DNA of 64,000 nucleotides from Myxococcota bacterium (GTDB lineage: Bacteria > Myxococcota_A > UBA796 > SXON01). The stretch covers positions 17,785-81,784 of the forward strand of contig JAZKFH010000046.1 of the NCBI GenBank assembly GCA_040386535.1. Direction: 5' to 3'. Position 1 is the stretch's first letter, and each line of letters opens with the position of its first letter. A model generated the notes under the pieces. The model was not told the DNA's origin, made no database searches, and saw only the letters and a program-made list of their open reading frames with translations. Shown here piece after piece: positions 53,801 through 63,103 of the stretch. The translations under genes were made by a program, and so were the position numbers.

Positions 53801-56800
53801 GAAGAACGCCGTCGTCCACTGGCGGAACGTCGGGGTCAGGTCGGTCGCGGGCTCGCTGTAGACGCCCTCGTTCCACCGCTCGGCCAGCGCGGCCCGCCGC
53901 GCGGCGTCCGCCTCCACCGCCACGATCCACGCCCGCGCCCGCTCCGCGGTGGCGCCCCACGTGTCGCTCGTCGCCCCCGCGGGCGCCGGCCCCGCGCCGA
54001 TCGCCGTCGCGAGGGCGAGCAGGTCTTCGGCCTCGGCGAGGCTCGTCGGCAGCGGCACGCCGAGCGCCTCCGCGACCGGACGGGCGGCCGCCTCGGCGGC
54101 GTCCCGCGCGACCTGGGCCTCGGCCAGCGCGTCCTTCGCCGCCTCCTCGGCGCCGCTCGACCACTCCGCGGCCTTGCTCGCCTGCAACGGGTGCTCCGGA
54201 ACGGGCTCCACCCCCGCGCCGGCCGCCGCGAGCGCGTCCACGACGCGGTCCATCTCGCGCAGCCGCTCCTCGGTGAGCGTGACGACGTCGGCCACGGGTA
54301 CGCGCACCTCGGGCGCCGCGGAGAGCTCGAGCAGGCGCGCGCTGACCCGGTAGAACGAGCGGCCGATGGGGCGCTCCGCGTGGAGGGCGCGGGTGGACGC
54401 GTTCAGCGTGGCACGCAGGGCCCCGAGCTCGGCGGAGCGGGCGTCCCAGGCGGGGTCGGTGGCGCGCTCCACGCGGTCGAGCGCCGTGCCGAGGCTGGTC
54501 ACCACGTCCTTCTTGTTCGACTTGTTCGAGTGCAGCTCCAGGCAGTAGTCGCCGAGCCCCACGTTCTTGAGCCGCCGGTAGACCACCTCGAGCGCGGCCA
54601 TCTTCTCCGACACGAACAGGACCGTCTTGCCCTCAGCGAGCGCGCCCGCGATCAGGTTGGTGATCGTCTGGCTCTTGCCGGTGCCCGGCGGCCCCTGGAG
54701 CACAAAGCTGCGACCGCGCAGCGCCGCGGTGATCGCGGCCAGCTGGGTCGAGTCGCAGTCGAGCACCGTCGGGAGCGACGCCGGCGCCACGGTGTCGTCC
54801 AGGCTGGTGAGCGAAAGCTCGCCGACCGTGTCGGGAAACTCCCCGGCGCCGCCCCGCGCCACGTGCCGCACGACCTCGCTCTGAAGCAGGGTCTCGGCGT
54901 TCTCGTCGAGGTCCTTCCACATCAGGAACTTGGTGAACGTGAAGAGGCCCACGTGCACCTCGTCGAGCACCTCCCACCGCGGCATCTGGCGGATCGCCGC
55001 GCGCGCGTCGCGCAGCAGCCCGGCCACGTCCACGCCGCTGTCGTCGGCCCCGAGCGCCCCCAGCATGCCGAGCTCCACGGCGTGATCGCGGCGCAGCTTC
55101 TCCACGAGCGTCACGTTGCCTAGGGCGTCCTCCTCCGAGCGGCGCAGGCGCAGGCGACGCGTGCCGCGCTCGTAGAGCAGGCGCACGGGCACGAGCAAGA
55201 GCGGAGAGAAGCGAGGCTGCTCCGACGCGGCGGACTCGTACCACTTGAGGATGCCGACGGTGGCGAAGAGCGTGTTGGCGCCGCTCTCCTCGCGGTCGGT
55301 GCGCGCGGCGCGGTCGAGCTCGACGGCGCGGTGGACGAGCACGTCGCGGCTGTCCTCCGCGTGGAGGATGCGGCGGTCGAGGTCGGCCTTCCGCCGCGCG
55401 TGCAGGTCGGCGAGGTCGGTGCGCGCGTCGGAGAGCGCGCCGTCGCGCTGGTCGCGGGGGTCGTCGTCGGGGCGTGGGAGCACGTCGAAGGTGTGGTCGG
55501 CGGCCAGGACGTCCTCGAACGCCGCGAGATCGGGCACGAGGAGGCGGAAGGAGGAGCGCGCGCCCGGGCGGAAGTTGAGCAGGCGGTTGTTGAAGGACAG
55601 GTCGAGCAGGCGATCCTTCCACCGCTTGAAGCGCTGCACCACGGGCTCGGAGGGGGGCGTCGCCACCTCGATGGGGGACTCGTCCGCGAGGGGCTCGACG
55701 CGGGCTTCGAGCAGCAAGGTCCGGCTGGCCGAGCCGTCTGCCGCGCCGCCCGTCTCCAGCGGCGCCTCGCGCTCCATCCGCACGGGCAGCGGCCGGATGC
55801 GGTCGAGGCGGATCACGCGCACGTCGACCGCGCACGTGAACTTCGGATCGTCGGCGAGGTGCGCGGCGGCGGCGGCCACGGCGGCCTCGAACGCGGGGCG
55901 TTCGCCGTGCACGAGGGTGCTCGAGTCGAACACGCAGAGCTCGCCGATGGCGACGTTCGTGCGCAGCCGCGCGGCGTCGTACACCACGCCCTCGGGGAAA
56001 CGATCGTCGACCAGCCACACGCCCGGGAACGCGTGCCCCTGGACCAGCACGAGCAGCGGCGCGAGGCCCATCTGTTCGAGGCACCCCGCGAGCAGCGTGG
56101 TCAGGTCGAGACAGTTGCCCATCTCGTCCGCGAGGATCCGGTCCGGCAGGCGCACCTTCTGGCCCACGGCCTCGAAGCTGGCGGGCACGCCGACGTAGGA
56201 CAGACCGAGGTCCTGGACCGCGCCGTAGAGCGCCGCGACGATGGCCCGCACGCGCTCGGGGGCGCGCACCTGGTAGCCGGCGAGCGCGGGGTCACCCGTC
56301 TCGGCGCGGAGGCGGTCACGCGTGCGGGCGAGCAGCCGCGCCACCACGGGGTGGTTCGGCATCACGAAGGCGGCGAGGAGCGCGGGGGGCGCGCGCAGGC
56401 CCGGCCACTCGTTGTAGGCGAGCACGTCGACCCCGGCGGTGCCCTCGGCGAGCGTGTCCAGGCCCGTTACCAGCCGCCACGACAGCTGCGCGCGCTCGGC
56501 CTCCAGCATGCCGCCCAGGCGGCCGGGGGGGAGCCGAAGGTCGACCGGCGGGAGCTCCACGTGCTCGCCGCCCTTGATCGTCGGTACCGGCACGATCGTC
56601 GGCTCGCCGAGGTCGGGCAGCAGCTCCAGGACCAGCAGCGCGCCGTCCAGCGGGGTCGCCCCGAGGTTCGTCACGCGGAGCCCGGACACCAGCGGCACGC
56701 CGCTCTGCTCCATGGCGAAGTTGAACGTGGGGGCCACGGTGAGGTCGACGCGCACGGGGAGCGGCGGGGCCTCGTCCACCGGAGGGACGGCGGGAGCGGG

Positions 56801-56836
56801 AGCGTGTGGGCGAGCGGCGGGCAGGGCGGGGTCCAC
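50894..56836 (-). CDS. DUF4011/SF1 (Upf1-like) helicase/Vsr-like nuclease/DUF3320-type protein (Hhe-like) with N-terminal transglutaminase-like domain
   Basis: WKDRLLDLS..N.LLNF (DUF4011); QGPPGTGKSQT; FDEASQ; GDSRQLPPT; HYRS; VQGDERD; RLNVAVTRAR; YRVDLAV..GVECDG..RDRLR..LGW..RVWS; N-terminal GNCLD..GHAF. GTG 56836 follows GGAG. Confidence 0.9.
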   Translation of the reverse strand: MDPALPAARPHAPAPAVPPVDEAPPLPVRVDLTVAPTFNFAMEQSGVPLVSGLRVTNLGATPLDGALLVLELLPDLGEPTIVPVPTIKGGEHVELPPVDLRLPPGRLGGMLEAERAQLSWRLVTGLDTLAEGTAGVDVLAYNEWPGLRAPPALLAAFVMPNHPVVARLLARTRDRLRAETGDPALAGYQVRAPERVRAIVAALYGAVQDLGLSYVGVPASFEAVGQKVRLPDRILADEMGNCLDLTTLLAGCLEQMGLAPLLVLVQGHAFPGVWLVDDRFPEGVVYDAARLRTNVAIGELCVFDSSTLVHGERPAFEAAVAAAAAHLADDPKFTCAVDVRVIRLDRIRPLPVRMEREAPLETGGAADGSASRTLLLEARVEPLADESPIEVATPPSEPVVQRFKRWKDRLLDLSFNNRLLNFRPGARSSFRLLVPDLAAFEDVLAADHTFDVLPRPDDDPRDQRDGALSDARTDLADLHARRKADLDRRILHAEDSRDVLVHRAVELDRAARTDREESGANTLFATVGILKWYESAASEQPRFSPLLLVPVRLLYERGTRRLRLRRSEEDALGNVTLVEKLRRDHAVELGMLGALGADDSGVDVAGLLRDARAAIRQMPRWEVLDEVHVGLFTFTKFLMWKDLDENAETLLQSEVVRHVARGGAGEFPDTVGELSLTSLDDTVAPASLPTVLDCDSTQLAAITAALRGRSFVLQGPPGTGKSQTITNLIAGALAEGKTVLFVSEKMAALEVVYRRLKNVGLGDYCLELHSNKSNKKDVVTSLGTALDRVERATDPAWDARSAELGALRATLNASTRALHAERPIGRSFYRVSARLLELSAAPEVRVPVADVVTLTEERLREMDRVVDALAAAGAGVEPVPEHPLQASKAAEWSSGAEEAAKDALAEAQVARDAAEAAARPVAEALGVPLPTSLAEAEDLLALATAIGAGPAPAGATSDTWGATAERARAWIVAVEADAARRAALAERWNEGVYSEPATDLTPTFRQWTTAFFLFAFVFLFMPRRALRAAAKGELPDNARIVDDLGVALATREAAAGLEAERAWVVATFAGSWAPAAGAESFGALNDVLTRVETLRGAVARWRAGGGVVPGRWLDDSANPRRPDLAARAVVLRAALVTLFPALGKVERALAAPLPAPTDPTWWSTVGASLAEWESGMLRFRAWCLYNKACAAVDAVGLAPVVTAHRAARVRAAALSDAAERAVLTRWVAAVRDAEPALRDFDGAEQDRRVTRFRTLDRAHVDLSRTRVLARLDARRPAAGRPAAESSETGILARETRKQRSHMPVRKLLAGIPELLARLKPCLLMSPLSIAQYLPATGRRFDLVVFDEASQISTHDAIGAIARGKQVVIVGDSRQLPPTTFFSKGTGDEEPLPDENDVVELESILEEALAARLPQQMLGWHYRSRHEALIDFSNQHYYEGRLNVFPAAQGRVEGLGVSWTHVPDGVYEKGKTRTNPAEARALVAWLVAELVKTAPGARSFGVVTFSVPQQTLIQDLLDAARAANPAIEPHFADSALEPVFVKNLENVQGDERDVILFSICYGPDEAGRVWMNFGPLNRTGGERRLNVAVTRARRSLRVFSTLTADQIDLAKTTAVGARHLKAFLHYVAHHGGVAGAVPRRAEFSTPLEHAVYDALVARGFTVDCQVGCGGYRVDLAVAHPDRPGVYAIGVECDGVAYNGAPTARDRDRLRSEVLVGLGWRLHRVWSSDWGFDRAKETAKLVAAVDAAIRAPVDVGAPVKKPAPPARPAEEEETGDGPTAEVPLSELGGDPDAEPAGPTEPYCYAELGVVGTPEEFELAAARPRIREKVLEVAAVEAPVALDEVARRVAACWGVTRLTARPRDRVRVEVTSLASAGKLYVEGDFVWPSADAWTKWSTMRGPAADGTLRDAEHLPPEEVAAAVAWVLEHALSIDAASLVREVARLFGYTRVGAKIEERVGVGVDTLIKGARARRDGARVVWTG

Positions 56837-56936
56837 GGAGGCTCCTGGGCGGGGCCGCATCGTAAACCGGTCTGACGGTGGAGTGAGCGGCGATCAGCTG
56901 TGGGTCAGGTTCTGGACAGAGCGCGCGCTCCTCGTC

Positions 56937-58256
56937 TCACTTCGCGCGGCTCCCGCCCGACTCCCGGATCCGCACGAGCGTCCCCGGCTCTGCGCCCTTC
57001 CGGATCGTCGTGAACCCGTCGGGGAGCGCGGGCGTCACGTGGTCGAAGATGTACCGCGCGTCGATCGGGGAGAGGTTGATGCAGCCGTGGCTCGCCGTGT
57101 GGCCGAAGCCCCAGTGCCAGAAGGCCCCGTGGAGCGCGTAGCGGGGCTTGAAGTGCATCACCCAGGGCACCTCCTCCACGTGGTACGGGTCCTTCGCGCC
57201 TTCGAGGCTCTTCATGTCGCCGGTGGTGCTCTTGTCGTAGATGCGGAACGTCCCCACCGGCGTCTCGTGGCCGGCTGACCCGGTCGAGACCAGGGTGACG
57301 TAGCGGGGCTTGTCCCCCTGCATCCACGCGATGGTCTGCTGGTCGAGGTCGACGTCGATCCAATTCTCTTCATCGGCGATCTCCGTCGGGCGGGGCGCGC
57401 CCACCCAGCGGCGGATGGACGAGGCGGCGACGTAGCCGGGGGTGCCCTTCCCGAGCGCGTCCGCGACCTCCCACCAGCGCCCGGTCGCCTCGGTCGGGAC
57501 GTTCAGCTCGGCGTGGTACGGGAGGATCGGGGCCTGCTTGTCGGTGCCGCCGGCCGCCGCCTGGATCCTGGCGCCGTCGTAGGCCACCACCCACGCGGGC
57601 GTGGTGCCTTTGGCGGGGGGCGACGCCGACAGATCGCGGCCCTGGAACCCGGTGACGGGGAAGAGGAAGACCTCGGTGGCTGGCACCACGCTCCCGTCGG
57701 GCCGCACGAAGGCGCGGCCGCGCGGGGTGTCCACGACGCCCACGAAGCTGTAGGAGTGCCCGGTGTCGAGCTGATCGGCCGAGGGCAGGCCGCGGACCCA
57801 GGCGTCGACGTTGTCCCAGACCTGGCCGTGCCAGCGCCGCCACCGCTTTCCGTAGATGTAGGGGATCGACGGGGAACGTTGGGCGCGGGGGTAGTCCCCG
57901 GACTTCACGTAGGTCGGGTAGTCCGCGGGCACGGGGGCCTCGAAGTTCACCAGCCACGGCAGGTGGGCCGGGCTCTCCGTCGTGACGCTCGTGCGCTCCA
58001 GGCACGCGAAGCCGTCGCCGGCGGTGCTGTCGAGAACCCGGCCCCAGCCGTCACCGCCGCAGCCCGTGCCCTCGGCGCGCCCCAGCACGACGAACGGCTC
58101 GCCCTTGGCGATGAGCCCGCGGAGCTCGCCGTCGAGGGCGGGCGTGGCGCGCACGTTGAGCGCGGTGGGGGAGACGCGAAGCTCGGTCCCGACGGTGTCG
58201 TCCGGAGCGGCGCGCGCCAGGGAGACGAGGAGGAGCCCGAGCAGCGGCCCCGTCAA
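56937..58256 (-). CDS. L,D-transpeptidase (YkuD) with SH3-like domain
   Basis: LNVRATP; WIDVDLDQQ, VSTG..TP.G.F, ALHGAFWH..FG..SHGCINL. Confidence 0.92.
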   Translation of the reverse strand: MTGPLLGLLLVSLARAAPDDTVGTELRVSPTALNVRATPALDGELRGLIAKGEPFVVLGRAEGTGCGGDGWGRVLDSTAGDGFACLERTSVTTESPAHLPWLVNFEAPVPADYPTYVKSGDYPRAQRSPSIPYIYGKRWRRWHGQVWDNVDAWVRGLPSADQLDTGHSYSFVGVVDTPRGRAFVRPDGSVVPATEVFLFPVTGFQGRDLSASPPAKGTTPAWVVAYDGARIQAAAGGTDKQAPILPYHAELNVPTEATGRWWEVADALGKGTPGYVAASSIRRWVGAPRPTEIADEENWIDVDLDQQTIAWMQGDKPRYVTLVSTGSAGHETPVGTFRIYDKSTTGDMKSLEGAKDPYHVEEVPWVMHFKPRYALHGAFWHWGFGHTASHGCINLSPIDARYIFDHVTPALPDGFTTIRKGAEPGTLVRIRESGGSRAK

Positions 58257-58462
58257 CGGGCACCGGAGGGCGGGCGAACGGGCGTGGACATACGCTCCCG
58301 TAGCCCGTCTCGGTCCGTGCGCATGATTGTTCTTATGGGCCGGATGATTGCAAACGTGTCATCCGGATTCACGAACAGATCTCGGCGGGACATGGTGTGG
58401 AAGGAGGTTGCAACGGTCGGTCGCTCCCTCCCAAACGGTCCGCCAACCCGAGGACACACGCC

Positions 58463-59827
58463 ATGTTCAGCGCTCGCAAGCTGGCTCTTGCCATCACCAT
58501 CACCGCGGGCCTTCCCGTCGGCCTCGCGTCCCCTGCCCACGCGGCGGACATCCTCTATTGTGTCGACGGTGTCGCGGGCACCGACCACATGGCGACCGCG
58601 CTCGCGGCGTCGGGCCACACGGTCGAGAGCACCGACGACATCGCCGAGGGCTGCGAGATCCTCATCGCCAAGGGGGCATGGGACCTGGTCATCCTCGCGC
58701 TCCAACGGGACTACTTCCCGACGCCCGGCTTCGACGCCCACGTGGCGGCCGGCGGCGCGGCCATCCTGCAGGAGTGGGCGAACGAACCCGGACGCATCGC
58801 GCCGTTCGGCTTCACCTTGCGGGCCAACAACGAGACCGAGCTCGAGGTCACCCAGGAGTTCCTGTTCCGCGGGCTCACGTCGACCAGCCTTCGGGTCACC
58901 AATCCCGGCTGGCGCACCTTCTCCACCACCGCCACGCCGCTCACCGCCGTGCCGCTCGCGACGTTTCCGTCGGGAGCCGCGATCACCATCGACCCGACCG
59001 GGAGGCTGCTCTACAACGGCTTCTCCACCGACGCGCTCGACAAGGTGAACGGCCCGATCCTGTACCAGAACGAGCTCGCGTACCTGCTCGCGTCCGACAA
59101 CGACGCCGATCGCGACGGGCACCGCGTCGAGGTGGACTGCGACGACGGGAACGCCGCCATCTGGCCCGGTGCGGAGGAGGCCTGCAACGTGTTGGACGAC
59201 GACTGTGACGGTGTCATCGACGAGGGCGTGACGTCGAGCTTCTACGTCGACCTCGACTTGGACGGGTTCGGCAACGCCGAGTTGGTCGTGTCGGCCTGTG
59301 CGCCGGAGCCCGGCCTCGTGGCGGATGACACGGATTGTGACGACGACGACGCGCGCGCCCACCCGGGCGCCGACGAGCTGTGCAACGGCTTCGACGACGA
59401 CTGCGAGGGCAGCGTGGACGCGGGCGCGCTCGACGCCGACACCCTGTTCGCGGACGTCGACGGCGACGGACACGGGGACCCCGGCGCCGCGGCGGACTTC
59501 TGCGGGGAGGCGATTGGGTACGTGGCGAGCGCCGACGACTGTGACGACGCCGACCCCGACACGCATCCGGACGCGCCCGAGACCGCCGACGGCGCGGACG
59601 ACGACTGCGACGGCACGGCGGACGACGGTCTCGACACCGGTGGAGACGGCCCCGACGACACGGGCGAGGGGGTCGACACGGACGACGGGGACGACACGGA
59701 CGACGGGGACGACACGGACGACCATCAGGGAGCCAAGGGGTGTTCGACGACCGGCACCGGATCCGCGTCGTGGCTCGGCCTCCTCGGCGCCGGGCTCCTG
59801 CTGCGCGCCCGGCGCCAGCTCCGGTAG
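58463..59827 (+). CDS. Secreted protein with MopE-like repeats and MYXO-CTERM-like anchor
   Basis: Signal peptide ..AHA; DCDD repeats; DTDDGD tract; ends KGCSTTG..SWLGLL..RARRQLR. Confidence 0.85.
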   Translation: MFSARKLALAITITAGLPVGLASPAHAADILYCVDGVAGTDHMATALAASGHTVESTDDIAEGCEILIAKGAWDLVILALQRDYFPTPGFDAHVAAGGAAILQEWANEPGRIAPFGFTLRANNETELEVTQEFLFRGLTSTSLRVTNPGWRTFSTTATPLTAVPLATFPSGAAITIDPTGRLLYNGFSTDALDKVNGPILYQNELAYLLASDNDADRDGHRVEVDCDDGNAAIWPGAEEACNVLDDDCDGVIDEGVTSSFYVDLDLDGFGNAELVVSACAPEPGLVADDTDCDDDDARAHPGADELCNGFDDDCEGSVDAGALDADTLFADVDGDGHGDPGAAADFCGEAIGYVASADDCDDADPDTHPDAPETADGADDDCDGTADDGLDTGGDGPDDTGEGVDTDDGDDTDDGDDTDDHQGAKGCSTTGTGSASWLGLLGAGLLLRARRQLR

Positions 59828-59854
59828 CGCCCGTTCAGGGACGGGTGCGGGCGG

Positions 59855-60820
59855 TCAGTTCGCGGCGAGCTGGTCCGTCCGCGCCTCGCGCGTCCGCTCG
59901 CGCTTGCCCTTGCGCCACGCCACCACCTCGCGCCGCTCGTCCGCGCGGGTGGGCCCGCCGAAGCGCCACGCGAGATCGACCGTGTTGAGCAGCCACGCCC
60001 CCGGCACGGACGAGAGCCCGCCGCCGATGCGCAGATCGACGTTGCGCCACGACAGCTGCCACGCGAGGCTGACCGAATAGGCGGACGTGATCGGCAACCA
60101 CCCCGCGTGATCGGGGGCCACCCGCTCGAAGAACCGCGGCACGTCCACGTCCTCGTACAGCACTGCGCGTCCCTGCAACACGATGCTGTCGCGCCGGTTC
60201 AGCCGCACGTCGGTCGCCGCGTGCACGGTGAGCGCCTGCACGTGCCCGTCGAGCACCAGGATCGACTCCGCCTGCTCGACCGTGTCGGGCGAGACTTGGG
60301 TGCCCGAGACCTGGCCCAGGATCAGCGCCAGGGTGTCGAGCTCGGGCGTACCTTCCACCTTGGCCTCCACCCAGCTCGCGCCGCCGTGGATCGACCAGGG
60401 CTTGGCGATCTGCAGGGAGAGGGTCGCGCCCGCGCCGAGGAAGGAGGCGGACAACTCGTCGTCGCGCGACATGCCCCAGTCGCCGGTGGCGGAGATGTCC
60501 AGGGCCCCCAGACGGATGGCGTTGACCTTGATGCTGGCGTTGGGCGCACCCAGTACGTCCAACACGGGTTGGGTCGTGAGTTGGGTGCGCGGCAGGACGC
60601 CGACGCCGGTGTTCTTCAGGCCGAGCCGCACCTCGCCCCATTCGAGGGTGTAGGCGGTGAAATCGGTCTGGCCGCGCGCGTGGACGGGGCGCTGGTGATG
60701 CACGGGGCGGTCCACGGGTGCCACCACGGACGCGCTCTTCGTGGCGTCGAGCGCCGGTGGGGCGGGTGGGGCGGCGAGGCGTGGGGCGGCCACCGCCGAG
60801 GCGGCGAGAACGAGCAACAT
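59855..60820 (-). CDS. Hypothetical secreted or outer-membrane beta-rich protein
   Basis: MLLVLAASAVA signal-like start (60820 or 60847); alternating beta-strand pattern; ends LAWRFG followed by a charged tail. Confidence 0.6.
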   Translation of the reverse strand: MLLVLAASAVAAPRLAAPPAPPALDATKSASVVAPVDRPVHHQRPVHARGQTDFTAYTLEWGEVRLGLKNTGVGVLPRTQLTTQPVLDVLGAPNASIKVNAIRLGALDISATGDWGMSRDDELSASFLGAGATLSLQIAKPWSIHGGASWVEAKVEGTPELDTLALILGQVSGTQVSPDTVEQAESILVLDGHVQALTVHAATDVRLNRRDSIVLQGRAVLYEDVDVPRFFERVAPDHAGWLPITSAYSVSLAWQLSWRNVDLRIGGGLSSVPGAWLLNTVDLAWRFGGPTRADERREVVAWRKGKRERTREARTDQLAAN

Positions 60821-60938
60821 CGGTACGAACCCGGATGTCCGATCCATCGGACCGGGAAGCGACGGGCTGAAGGGCGCGGGCCGTTTCTTTCCCTCGCGTC
60901 CGGCCCTCGTGATAGACAGCGCGGCTGTCGGAGGCGTC

Positions 60939-61958
60939 GTGAGCGAGTCGGATCGTCGGAAGCTGCGTGTGCTCTCGGGTGTACAACCGAGCGGTTCCCT
61001 GCACATCGGGAACTACCTGGGCGCGCTGCTCCAGTGGCGCGATCTGCAGGACACCTACGAGAACTTCTTCTGCGTGGTCGACATGCACGCGCTGACCGTG
61101 CCCGAGAACGTGCGCGCGGCCGGCCTGCGGGAGAAGACGCTCGAGGTCGCCGCGCTCTACCTCGCGTGTGGCATCGATCCGGCCCGCTCCACCGTGTTCG
61201 TCCAGTCCGAGGTGTCCGCCCACGCCGAGCTCGCGTGGGTGCTCACCTGTGTCGCCCCGCTCGGGTGGCTGCAGCGGATGACGCAGTTCAAGACCAAGTC
61301 GGACGTCGCGTCGACCGTCGGCTCCGGCCTGCTCACCTACCCGGCGCTCATGGCGGCCGACATCCTGCTCTACGAGGCCGACCAGGTGCCCGTGGGCGCC
61401 GACCAGAAGCAGCACATCGAGCTCGCGCGGGACGTGGCGGCGCGCTTCAACGATCTGTTCGGGCCCACGTTCAAGCTGCCGAACCCGATGATCCCGCCCA
61501 CCGGCGCGCGCGTCATGGGGCTGGACGATCCCGAGGCCAAGATGAGCAAGAGCACCGGCGAGAAGGCGCCGGGCCACGCCATCGGCCTGCTCGATCCGCC
61601 CAATGTCGTGAAGAAGGCGATCATGCGCGCTGTCACCGACACGGGGAGCGAGCTGCGGTGGGCCGAGGCCTCCCCGGGCCTGAAGAACCTCGTCGCCATC
61701 TTCGCCGCCATCACCGCGGAGACCCCCGACGTGGTGGCCGCCCGCTACGAGGGCCGCGGCTACGGCTACCTCAAGAAGGACCTCGTGGACGCGGTCGAGG
61801 GCGCCCTGGCGCCCGTGCGTGCGCGGTACACCGAGCTCCGCGCGGACCCGACCTACCTCCACGACGTGCTCGACGCGGGCGCCGAGCGGGCACGCGCCGT
61901 GGCCGACCCCGTCCTGGCCCGTGCGAAGGCGGCGGCGGGCCTGGGGCGCGCGCGCTGA
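60939..61958 (+). CDS. trpS: Tryptophan--tRNA ligase
   Basis: SGVQPSG.LHIGNYLGA, RMTQFK, YPALMAADIL, VPVG.DQ.QH, KMSKS. Confidence 0.97.
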   Translation: MSESDRRKLRVLSGVQPSGSLHIGNYLGALLQWRDLQDTYENFFCVVDMHALTVPENVRAAGLREKTLEVAALYLACGIDPARSTVFVQSEVSAHAELAWVLTCVAPLGWLQRMTQFKTKSDVASTVGSGLLTYPALMAADILLYEADQVPVGADQKQHIELARDVAARFNDLFGPTFKLPNPMIPPTGARVMGLDDPEAKMSKSTGEKAPGHAIGLLDPPNVVKKAIMRAVTDTGSELRWAEASPGLKNLVAIFAAITAETPDVVAARYEGRGYGYLKKDLVDAVEGALAPVRARYTELRADPTYLHDVLDAGAERARAVADPVLARAKAAAGLGRAR

Positions 61959-62112
61959 TCACGCGGCGGACGCGTGGCCCGGGGCGGCCCTCGCGAGCAT
62001 CGGCGGCGCGGTCGAAAGCAAGCTCGGACGCCCGGGATGCTCCCCCTGCGCGCGCCGCCGGCACCCCCTGACAGGCTGCGGACGCCGTCCGTTCCGGTAT
62101 ACGCTCCCGCGC

Positions 62113-62985
62113 ATGTTGCAAGACTGGCGCGTGAGTGATGGCACCGCGGAGATCGTGGTGGAGGCAGACGGCTGGCTCGGCGCGTTGGCGGTGGGCCTGG
62201 GCGCGTTCGGGCTCGAGTTCGGCGCGCTCGGGCGGCTCTCGTGCTCGGTGCAGGAGAGCGGCGGCGCCATCGCGCGCGACGCCACCACTGGCGCCGAGTT
62301 CCGCGTCGAGCCGGTCAACCCGGCGCTACGCAGGGCGGTCGCGGCCGTGCCGACCCTCCCCGACCCCGTCGCGGCCGCGCTCGCCCAGGTCGCTGCGTCC
62401 GCCGCGCGGCCCCCGGATCCGACGGAGACCGGCGTGCGCAGGATCGAGGCCGGGCGCAAGGTCGAGGCCACCCACAGCGGCTCGCTCACGGACGACATGG
62501 TCGAGGACCTGTTTTTGCGCCTGGGCGAGGTCTCGGCGGCCGCGAGCCTCTCCGAGGCGTCGGCCACGGCGCTCCGCATCGTGCTCGACCTCGTCCCGGC
62601 CGGCGCGAGCGCCGTCCTGATCCGCACCCGCGCGGGCGACGGCCTCCGCTTCCGCGCGGCGTCCGGCCTCGCCGCCACCCAGCTCATCGACACGGTCATC
62701 TCTCTCGACCGCGGCATCGCCGGCCATGTCGTGCAGCTCGGCATCGGCATCGCCATCGAAGACGTGCGCACCGACAGCCGCCACGATCGCCGGATGGACC
62801 GCTCCACCGGCTTCACCACCCACGCGATGCTCGCCGTGCCCGTGCGCGCGGACTCCGGCGCCGTCTACGGCTGCCTCCAGCTGCTCAACCCGCCCCGCCC
62901 CTTCAGCGACGGCGACTTCGAGGTGGCGGCGCGGGTCGCGGCCTCCCTCGGGTCGTTCCTGAACAGCGTGTACGCGGCGCGGTAG
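62113..62985 (+). CDS. GAF-domain protein
   Basis: LRFRAASG, GIAGHV, D..TGFTT.AMLAVP, GCLQLLN..F...D. Confidence 0.85.
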   Translation: MLQDWRVSDGTAEIVVEADGWLGALAVGLGAFGLEFGALGRLSCSVQESGGAIARDATTGAEFRVEPVNPALRRAVAAVPTLPDPVAAALAQVAASAARPPDPTETGVRRIEAGRKVEATHSGSLTDDMVEDLFLRLGEVSAAASLSEASATALRIVLDLVPAGASAVLIRTRAGDGLRFRAASGLAATQLIDTVISLDRGIAGHVVQLGIGIAIEDVRTDSRHDRRMDRSTGFTTHAMLAVPVRADSGAVYGCLQLLNPPRPFSDGDFEVAARVAASLGSFLNSVYAAR

Positions 62986-62990
62986 GCGCT

Positions 62991-63103
62991 ACTCGCCGGT
63001 GGCGATGCGCTCCCCGCCGTTCATTCGCCGGTGGCGATGCGCTCCCCGCCGTTCACTCGCCCGTGGCGATGCGCTCCCTGCCGTTCACTCGCCCGTGGCG
63101 ATG
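62991..63103 (-). repeat. 32-bp tandem repeat x3.5 overlapping the 3' end of the 63085-63564 gene
   Basis: ACTCGCC(G/C)GTGGCGATGCGCTCCC(C/T)GCCGTTC at 62991, 63023 and 63055, partial at 63087. Confidence 0.9.

Noticed and set aside
62991..63103. Possible CRISPR array
   Set aside because: Units are contiguous with no unique spacers, and no cas genes are in the window.
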